From assembly GCA_032718475.1 (NCBI GenBank), contig JAUCBJ010003608.1, forward strand, positions 1-64,000: 64,000 nt of DNA. Direction: 5' to 3'. The notes beneath the pieces were generated by a model, which was not told where the DNA came from, made no database searches, and was given only the letters and a program-made list of their open reading frames with translations. Position numbers and translations under genes: made by a program. The stretch comes from Nemertoderma westbladi (Eukaryota; Animalia; Xenacoelomorpha). Positions 56,045 to 64,000 of the stretch are shown piece after piece (positions within the stretch are counted from its first letter, which is position 1; each line of letters opens with the position of its first letter).

Positions 56045-56986
56045 TCATCTGTTTTCTCCTCTCCACCCAGGCATTCTCAACGACCCAGACCAATCCTGAC
56101 TGATAAATTTGCGGTTGGGTGTGCGGTTCCTGGTAGATATCCTGGTCATAGGTATCGGTGTTGGTAGTTCCTTGGTTGGCATTCTTGTTGTACGCGGTAC
56201 ATGAGATGGTTCTACATCGTCACGCTCTCTCATGTCACCTTTGTCAGTTTGTTTGTTTCCTGTGTTATCGTCAGTGGCCTCCCGGATGCGAATAAGAGTA
56301 CGATTGCGGCGCCAAACTCGTCCACTTGTCTTTTTAATAAGATACTCATGTTTGTCCATGGCTTCCACGATGGTGCCTGGAATGGTCCATTTACCAGTTA
56401 CATGGTCTTGCATCACCACATGTGTCCCCACGGCGATTTCTTTAAGAGGTGCTGTTTTTGTCTGATAGCGAGCATGTGAGATGGCTTTTCGTGACTCTGT
56501 GGTCTCATCCATCTCCTTGAGGGTTCTACTCCACCTTGGGTCATATGCACGTCTGTGTGTAGGGAGAGTATCGCGCAGATTGTGACCATAAATAGCCTGG
56601 GATGGTGAGCGACCTCCATACCGGGGAGTATTCCGGTAGGCAATTATGCCAGCCGCCAGTTTGTCTGGGTTTGGCTTTCCGCCATTGGGAGGTGTGGCCC
56701 CTTTGACAATCTTTTTCATCGCTTTTACCAGAGCCTCGGCACGTCCATTGGTCTGCGGTTTGTGTGGTGAAGCAGGTTCTATTGCCACGCCCCACCACGT
56801 GAGGAAAGTTTTAACTTCACGGGATACCAGGTTGGTGCCGTTGTCTGGATGGTACACAGTTGGGACAGCATGGGTAAGAAAGAATGATCGTAATGCATTT
56901 ACAATTTTGATTGAAGTCATACCTTCTCCAAGTGTGGCGACTGCAGGCCACCCGGAGAACTCATCAACGATAATGAGGTAGTGGCA
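56045..56986 (-). CDS. Integrase catalytic core and C-terminus (out of frame with upstream pol)
   Basis: CHYLIIVDEFSGWP...HPDNGTNL...SPHKPQTNGRAEALVK...YRNTP...SPSQ...RRNR. Confidence 0.88.
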   Translation of the reverse strand, partial: CHYLIIVDEFSGWPAVATLGEGMTSIKIVNALRSFFLTHAVPTVYHPDNGTNLVSREVKTFLTWWGVAIEPASPHKPQTNGRAEALVKAMKKIVKGATPPNGGKPNPDKLAAGIIAYRNTPRYGGRSPSQAIYGHNLRDTLPTHRRAYDPRWSRTLKEMDETTESRKAISHARYQTKTAPLKEIAVGTHVVMQDHVTGKWTIPGTIVEAMDKHEYLIKKTSGRVWRRNRTLIRIREATDDNTGNKQTDKGDMRERDDVEPSHVPRTTRMPTKELPTPIPMTRISTRNRTPNRKFISQDWSGSLRMPGWRGENR

Positions 56987-59900
56987 ACATAACCATCTAC
57001 AATGAAAGTGTCAACATCTATCTTCTGAAAAGGTCGGGTAGCCTGTGGGTTGTGCTGTTGGGGCTCAGCTCTGTGAGAAGGTAGAGATGAGGCGCATGTG
57101 GTACAGCTGGACACTGTCTGCTTGACGTCATTAATAACTTCAGGCCACCACACGGATTGGCGTGCTCGGGCCAAGGTTTTGTCTATTCCTTGATGTGCGG
57201 CATGGAGTTGTGTGAGGACTGATTTACGCATACCAGATGGAATGACAATCCGGGATCCAAACATAATGAGTCCATCAACTGCAGAGATTTGATCACGGTG
57301 CCTGAAGTAAGGGAGGAGGGCATCATAGCCATTGGTCTGCAGTTCCTGTTTACTGGCTGGCCAGCCATGGGTAACGATATCATTAAGCTTAATATGTGTC
57401 TGGTCGTCACTGGATGCCTCCCGCAACTGTTTGAGCAGTACATCATCATCATCAATGGAAGAGGCCTGCCAATAATTGATAATTGCTGCGCATGGTTGTG
57501 GTCCACTATGCCAACATTTGTCCTCTGCATCACATGCCCCACAAAGCAAAGAGAACAAAGTTGCTACTACAAATTCTCGGTCAGCTTCTTCTTCAGGCGT
57601 GAGCATGTAGTCTTCATCAGTTGGTGCATTGATTTCTGCACGGGAGAAGGCATCTGCCATTATGTGTTTGGCCCCTGCTTGCCATCGTGCGGTGAAGGTG
57701 TGGCGCGATAGGGCAGTCTTCATTTTTAGAAGTCTATCATTGGAGATTTGATCAAGACGACGCTGGTTGAGAATGGGAACCAGAGGATTCGAGTCAGTGA
57801 CCACAGTAAAATGTGTCATACCATCCAAGAAGAATCGGCATTTAGATGCAGCCCAGGCGACAGAGAGGGCCTCCAACTCTGCCATGCCACTCCACTTGGC
57901 CTCATGTGGGGCCAATGTACGACTGCCACACTGAACAGTTTTCCATACTGCATTCTTATCTCGTTGACGCAAAACGAATCCAAGGCCATGTAATCTAGAT
58001 GCATCACAATACATTTCGGTCTCATGGTTGGGGTCATAGTAAGCAAGGCATAAGGGACTTGTCAGTGCCTTTATTGTGGATACGAATGCAATTTCATGAG
58101 CCCTAGTCCATACCCAAGCCATGTTATTCTTGTTAAGGGAGCGAAGGGGTTCAACTAGGCGTGTTATCTCATTAGTAAAATTTCCCAACTGTTGGGCCAG
58201 CCCAAGGAATGATCGCAGCGTGGTGCGGTTGTGAGGTTTAGGGAACTCTCTCAGATCCTGGACTAGTTTAGGGTCTATCTCATACTTGCCCTTGGAGATT
58301 TTGAATCCCCCAAAAATGACTGTCTCCTGGCAATATTGTATCTTGCGTGTGTTCAATGAAATGTCATTGGCATCACACGCATAGAGGAGCTGTCGCACTG
58401 CCTCTTTGTGTTCTGCCTCCGTTTCTGTAAATATCAGGATGTCCTCAACAATTCGACGAGATTTTGGGACATCTTTTAATGCTGTGTCCATGCGAGAGTT
58501 GTATACATCAGATGCACCACACCATCCCATAGGCATCCTAATATACCGCATTCGGCCATATGGAGTCAAGAATGTGGTAAGTCCCCTGCTTCCCTCTGCG
58601 AGCTCCAGCTGGTGGAATCCTTTCAAACCATCTACTACAGTAAAGAATGTTGCAGATGCAGGCAGGGTGGCAACAATCTGGTGAGGTGATGGGGACGGGA
58701 AGGTGGGACGGATTGTAGCATCATTTATAGCGCGCATATCTATAGTGACCCGGCATGCGGAAGGGTCCTTCTTCTTTGTTACAACCATAGGACTACACCA
58801 TTCTGAAGGATTGGCATCATCTGTAGCCTTCTCGATGATGCCCATATCAATTTGTGCTTGTATTTCACGCTTAAATGGTTCAACCAGGTTAATGGGGATC
58901 TGACGTGTGTGGTGCACTGCAACGGGTACTGCATCTGTGTGAATTCTAATCACCACTGGTGGACCCTTCATTATGCGGCAAATTCCAGACAATACATTGG
59001 GAAATTCTTCTATGAGGTCAACTGGTAGAGCACCATTTGATGTACTACTATTGCATTGGTGCGGATTGGTGAATGGTGGTGTCATCATATGGCAATTAGC
59101 TTGATTGAAGTTTCCAATTTGTGTATGGAATTTGTCAGCATTATCACTATATCCTGAGAGTCCCCCATTAATATGTTCACTGGCTAGGATAGTGAGGGCA
59201 AAGCATGCAGTCCGAGACAGTAGTGGCTTAGCTAGGCCATGCACCACATATGCATCTACATCGGTACTGAGGCCCTTAAATGATACACGTGCCCTGAATG
59301 TACCAAGGAGCTTGAGTCCTTTATTTGACCCATCAGCGCATTTTGGGGCTGGGGGTGGGTTGGTTGTGTTGCTCAATTGGTGCCATTTAATACCCATGGC
59401 CTTGGGTACATCAGGACTCACTGCCATAAGATTGGCCCCGCCATCAGCTAAAATTGAGACATTTGTCTTGAACCGTAATGGGTGATCGGCACTTGCCACA
59501 AGCACTTGAGTGAGTTCTAGTGGCTGCAGTTCATCCAGCTGTCGTGCTGTGCCATCTGCAGCAGCAATACGGGCCAGAGCTTTAGTAGAATCAGGACTGG
59601 GTACTAGGGCCAAACACGTGAGTAGTGTTGGGTCCCCCCGGAGACTAGATAGATTTGGTGCGTTGTCACTGTTAGATGGATACTGGCCCTCGTATAGATA
59701 TTGACCTTCGTTATTTATATTGGTGTTATTAGGGGACCATACGGTGTTGTAGGCCTGCGGTTGTCTTTGGCCCCTATTGTACCGATCATTGCCGCCAGTA
59801 TATGTGCCGCGGCCCATGTATCCACCACGGCCAATTTGTCTACTACGTGTATTGTTCCTAGCACCATTGGTGTGGGATGGGCAGCATCGATTATAGTGGC

Positions 59901-60738
59901 CAGATTTGCTGCAATGTGTACATATCTCACCAATTGCAGGGCAGGTGCGAAATTTCTGGCCCGGGCCATGTGGGAGTTCATGGCCACAATAAAAGCATTT
60001 CTTTGTCTTGGACTTGGCCACAAGTCTGTTTGTATCACCACTTCCACTAGTCATACTAGTTGACCTTGCAGTGCTAATGTCTGAGCGTGTCTTACGGGCA
60101 GCCTCCATTGACTCAGCTACCTTTAGTGCTTCAGTGAAAGTGACTGTTTCAGGAAGTTCCAGGAGGCGGTCTGCAATCTCTTTATCATTACCCGGCATGA
60201 GAATAAGTTGCTTAAGAAGGTTGTCATTCATTGCATCTGTGGCATTTCTGGCAGTAAATGGAAAGTCACACTTGGTTCCAATTTTACGTAGGGCCACAAC
60301 AAACTCTGCAAAAGTCTCATTGTCCTGTTTCCCTCTTATACCGAATTCATTTCGGTATTTCCAAACATTCCGCCCACCTAGAATAAATTTATCCAATGCA
60401 GCAATAATGGCATCTGGGGAGTTCCAGTCAGCATCTGTCATACCTAGCCCATCTAGAGTCTCTACTGTGTTCCTGGAGAGTGATGCAAGGAGCTCATTCC
60501 TTGTAATTTTCTGCTTTGCAGCCCTTAGTGTTGCTGTCATTTCATCGCTGGGAAAATGTTCACCAGTACGTGGATCGACTTCAAGTAGTCGATCGATACC
60601 GGATGTCCCGAGGAAGTTTTCCCATTGCCGTTTCCATGTCCGCCATTGGTCAGCCTCTGTTTCAATATCGAATTTCTCACATGGGCGTTTAACCATGAAC
60701 ATGCGTGGGTCAAACTTGGATGGGATTGTCTCTTCCAT
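56917..60738 (-). CDS. Gag-Pol polyprotein (gag, protease, RT, RNase H, integrase Zn finger)
   Basis: First ATG gccATGg at 60738 (frame open upstream to 60975). CFYCG..H..CPA..CTHCSKSGHYNRCC; ILADGGAN; VVDGLKGFHQ, TPYGR, MPMG, IVEDILI; CDAS, ELEAL, TDSNPL, ADAFSR; HAAHQG...CTTC. Confidence 0.93.
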   Translation of the reverse strand: MEETIPSKFDPRMFMVKRPCEKFDIETEADQWRTWKRQWENFLGTSGIDRLLEVDPRTGEHFPSDEMTATLRAAKQKITRNELLASLSRNTVETLDGLGMTDADWNSPDAIIAALDKFILGGRNVWKYRNEFGIRGKQDNETFAEFVVALRKIGTKCDFPFTARNATDAMNDNLLKQLILMPGNDKEIADRLLELPETVTFTEALKVAESMEAARKTRSDISTARSTSMTSGSGDTNRLVAKSKTKKCFYCGHELPHGPGQKFRTCPAIGEICTHCSKSGHYNRCCPSHTNGARNNTRSRQIGRGGYMGRGTYTGGNDRYNRGQRQPQAYNTVWSPNNTNINNEGQYLYEGQYPSNSDNAPNLSSLRGDPTLLTCLALVPSPDSTKALARIAAADGTARQLDELQPLELTQVLVASADHPLRFKTNVSILADGGANLMAVSPDVPKAMGIKWHQLSNTTNPPPAPKCADGSNKGLKLLGTFRARVSFKGLSTDVDAYVVHGLAKPLLSRTACFALTILASEHINGGLSGYSDNADKFHTQIGNFNQANCHMMTPPFTNPHQCNSSTSNGALPVDLIEEFPNVLSGICRIMKGPPVVIRIHTDAVPVAVHHTRQIPINLVEPFKREIQAQIDMGIIEKATDDANPSEWCSPMVVTKKKDPSACRVTIDMRAINDATIRPTFPSPSPHQIVATLPASATFFTVVDGLKGFHQLELAEGSRGLTTFLTPYGRMRYIRMPMGWCGASDVYNSRMDTALKDVPKSRRIVEDILIFTETEAEHKEAVRQLLYACDANDISLNTRKIQYCQETVIFGGFKISKGKYEIDPKLVQDLREFPKPHNRTTLRSFLGLAQQLGNFTNEITRLVEPLRSLNKNNMAWVWTRAHEIAFVSTIKALTSPLCLAYYDPNHETEMYCDASRLHGLGFVLRQRDKNAVWKTVQCGSRTLAPHEAKWSGMAELEALSVAWAASKCRFFLDGMTHFTVVTDSNPLVPILNQRRLDQISNDRLLKMKTALSRHTFTARWQAGAKHIMADAFSRAEINAPTDEDYMLTPEEEADREFVVATLFSLLCGACDAEDKCWHSGPQPCAAIINYWQASSIDDDDVLLKQLREASSDDQTHIKLNDIVTHGWPASKQELQTNGYDALLPYFRHRDQISAVDGLIMFGSRIVIPSGMRKSVLTQLHAAHQGIDKTLARARQSVWWPEVINDVKQTVSSCTTCASSLPSHRAEPQQHNPQATRPFQKIDVDTFIVDGYVATTSLSLMSSPGGLQSPHLEKV

Positions 60739-61090
60739 GGCAATGGTGTTACCTTCCTCTTCGCTGTTTTCTCCTTCAATGGTTGGGTCGTCGTGCAAAA
60801 CCTGTAGGCTGCAGTAGTTGGGCGAATGGAGGAATGGTGCGATGCGTGTAATGGGGTGCCGGGGCGGAAGACGTCCAGATTGCAGCGGCGTAGGCGGAGG
60901 GGATGGCGTCCTGCCAGCGAGGCGGGAAGACGACCGCGTGGTTACTGTTTGTGGTTGCCGGCCTGAGAATATATACTAGAATCCGGCCAGCCAGGATTCT
61001 ACAGAGCCACCCTGCCCGAGTTGCCAGGCTACTGGGGGCTGTGGCCGTTAATAATCAATAGTGTATCCATTAGGAGAGTTCTGTAGTAAA

Positions 61091-61108
61091 ATCCTACTCG
61101 CAGCGCCA
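61091..61108 (-). promoter_or_regulatory. Primer-binding site, probably tRNA-Ser
   Basis: TGGCGCTGCGAGTAGGAT directly after the 5' LTR; complementary to ...ATCCTACTCGCAGCG-CCA, which resembles animal tRNA-Ser 3' ends. Confidence 0.78.
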
Positions 61109-61311
61109 TGTAACATAACTTCCAATGTATCGGTATATATTTGAGGATATCAAATACTGATATATAACATAACACATAAAGGCCGGCAAACCACAAACCG
61201 GTACAATATACCTAAATGTACTAGGCCTACTGCTAACTACGAAAGTAGGTAAATCCTAGGCCTATGTGTTATATCCAATATGTCAGACACATGACTGACC
61301 CATATCACACA
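61109..61311 (-). repeat. 5' LTR
   Basis: Identical by eye to 55662-55864. Confidence 0.95.
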
Positions 61312-64000
61312 AACCCAATCTAACTAATAGAACCCAATCTAACTAATAGAACCCAATCTAACTAATAGAACCCAATCTAACTAATAGAACCCAATCTAAC
61401 TAATAGAACCCAACCTAACTAATAGAACCCAATCTAACTAATAGAACCCAATCTAACTAATAAAACCCAATCTAACTAATAGAACCAAATCTAACTAATA
61501 GAACCCAATCTAACTAATAAAACCCAATCTAACTAATAGAACCAAATCTAACTAATAGAACCCAATCTAACTAATAGAACCCAATCTAACTAATAGAATC
61601 CAATCTAACTAATAAAACCCAATCTAACCAATAGAACCCAATCTAACTAATAGAACCCAATCTAACTAATAGAACCCAATCTAACTAATAGAACCCAATC
61701 TAACTAATAGAACCCAATCTAACTAATAGAACCCAATCTAACTAATAGAACCCAATCTAACTAATAGAACCCAATCTAACTAATAGAACCCAATCTAACT
61801 AATAGAACCCAATCTAACTAATAGAACCCAACCTAACTAATAGAACCCAATCTAACTAATAGAACCCAATCTAACTAATAAAACCCAATCTAACTAATAG
61901 AACCAAATCTAACTAATAGAACCCAATCTAACTAATAGAACCCAATCTAACTAATAGAACCCAATCTAACTAATAGAACCCAATCTAACTAATAGAACCC
62001 AATCTAACTAATAGAACCCAATCTAACTAATAAAACCCAATCTAACTAATAGAACCCAATCTAACTAATAGAACCCAATCTAACTAATAGAACCCAATCT
62101 AACTAATAGAACCCAATCTAACTAATAGAACCCAATCTAACTAATAAAACCTAATCTAACTAATAGAACCCAATCTAACTAATAGAACCCAATCTAACTA
62201 ATAGAACCCAATCTAACTAATAGAACCCAATCTAACTAATAGAACCCAATCTAACTAATAGAACCCAATCTAACTAATAGAACCCAATCTAACTAATAGA
62301 ACCCAATCTAACTAATAGAACCCAATCTAACTAATAGAACCCAATCTAACTAATAGAACCCAATCTAACTAATAGAACCCAATCTAACTAATAGAACCCA
62401 ATCTAACTCACCTGTATTTGTGTCTGTCGGTCTAATATAACCCAATCTAACTAATAGAACCCAATCTAACTAATAGAACCCAATCTAACTAATAGAACCC
62501 AATCTAACTAATAGAACCCAATCTAACTAATAGAACCCAATCTAACTAATAGAACCCAATCTAACTAATAGAACCCAATCTAACTAATAGAACCCAATCT
62601 AACTAATAGAACCCAATCTAACTAATAGAACCCAATCTAACTAATAGAACCCAATCTAACTAATAGAACCCAATCTAACTAATAGAACCCAATCTAACTA
62701 ATATAACCCAATCTAACTAACCTGTATTTGTGTCTGTCGGTCTAATAGAACCCAATCTAACTAATAGAACCCAATCTAACTAATAGAACCCAATCTAACT
62801 AATAGAACCCAATCTAACTAATAGAACCCAATCTAACTAATAGAACCCAATCTAACTAATAGAACCCAATCTAACTAATAGAACCCAATCTAACTAATAG
62901 AACCCAATCTAACTAATAGAACCCAATCTAACTAATAGAACCCAATCTAACTAATAGAACCCAATCTAACTAATAGAACCCAATCTAACTAATAGAACCC
63001 AATCTAACTAATAGAACCCAATCTAACTCACCTGTATTTGTGTCTGTCGGTCTAATATAACCCAATCTAACTAATAGAACCCAATCTAACTAATAGAACC
63101 CAATTTAACTAACCTGTATTTGTGTCTGTCGGTCTAATAGAACCCAATCTAACTAATAGAACCCAATCTAACTAATAGAACCCAATCTAACTAATAGAAC
63201 CCAATCTAACTAATAGAACCCAATCTAACTAATAGAACCCAACCTAACTAATAGAACCCAATCTAACTAATAGAACCCAATCTAACTAATAAAACCCAAT
63301 CTAACTAATAGAACCAAATCTAACTAATAGAACCCAATCTAACTAATAAAACCCAATCTAACTAATAGAACCAAATCTAACTAATAGAACCCAATCTAAC
63401 TAATAGAACCCAATCTAACTAATAGAACCCAATCTAACTAATAAAACCCAATCTAACTAATAGAACCCAATCTAACTAATAGAACCCAATCTAACTAATA
63501 GAACCCAATCTAACTAATAGAACCCAATCTAACTAATAGAACCCAATCTAACTAATAGAACCCAATCTAACTAATAGAACCCAATCTAACTAATAGAACC
63601 CAACCTAACTAATAGAACCCAATCTAACTAATAGAACCCAATCTAACTAATAAAACCCAATCTAACTAATAGAACCAAATCTAACTAATAGAACCCAATC
63701 TAACTAATAGAACCCAATCTAACTAATAGAACCCAATCTAACTAATAGAACCCAATCTAACTAATAGAACCCAATCTAACTAATAGAACCCAATCTAACT
63801 AATAAAACCCAATCTAACTAATAGAACCCAATCTAACTAATAGAACCCAATCTAACTAATAGAACCCAATCTAACTAATAGAACCCAATCTAACTAATAA
63901 AACCCAATCTAACTAATAGAACCCAATCTAACTAATAGAACCCAATCTAACTAATAGAACCCAATCTAACTAATAGAACCCAATCTAACTAATAGAACCC
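61312..64000. repeat. 19-bp satellite, right block (continues beyond window)
   Basis: Same units as 42013-55661, resuming in register after the TSD. Confidence 0.98.

Larger units (their letters stand above)
55662..61311 (-). mobile_element. Full-length Ty3/Gypsy LTR retrotransposon (Mag-like)
   Basis: 203-bp TG...CA LTRs, 5-bp TSD AACCC (55657-55661 and 61312-61316), PBS, PPT, gag with two CCHC-type knuckles, and domain order PR-RT-RNaseH-IN. Confidence 0.96.

Noticed and set aside
42013-64000. CRISPR-like alternation of repeat and insert
   Set aside because: Inserts are copies of one sequence, not unique spacers; eukaryotic context; no cas genes.
42013-64000. Telomere-like TTAG...GGG unit and plus-strand CTAAC branchpoint motif
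   Set aside because: Not TTAGGG, and it lies inside an intron; CTAAC is on the non-transcribed strand of INTS12 and no plus-strand gene is evident.

Overview
Eukaryotic (animal) genomic DNA, more than half of it tandem repeat (roughly 36 kb by my estimate, in at least 10 unrelated arrays). There are three host genes. (1) The 3' end of VPS35L (+, 1-567). (2) A PDZ-Sec7-PH EFA6/PSD-type Arf6 GEF (+, 14808-17463) with a +1 frame break. (3) Four 3' exons of INTS12 (-, 41916 to 32138); three of its four visible introns each carry a different minisatellite. The largest intron (>22 kb) is a 19-bp satellite studded with about 70 copies of an AG|20 nt|GT(T/G)AGT splice-site cassette. It also contains a recently inserted Ty3/Gypsy (Mag-like) LTR retrotransposon with identical LTRs, a 5-bp TSD, a tRNA-Ser PBS, an unusual VED RT motif and a frameshifted integrase. 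Intergenic DNA holds decayed LINEs, a tRNA-derived SINE, an Academ-like fragment, a hAT element and several MITEs. Several satellites can be traced to the unique sequence they arose from (LINE endonuclease motifs, TE interiors, TIR-like or splice-site-like sequence). The long ORFs over the arrays are repeat artefacts. All family assignments are from motif recognition by eye, not database searches.
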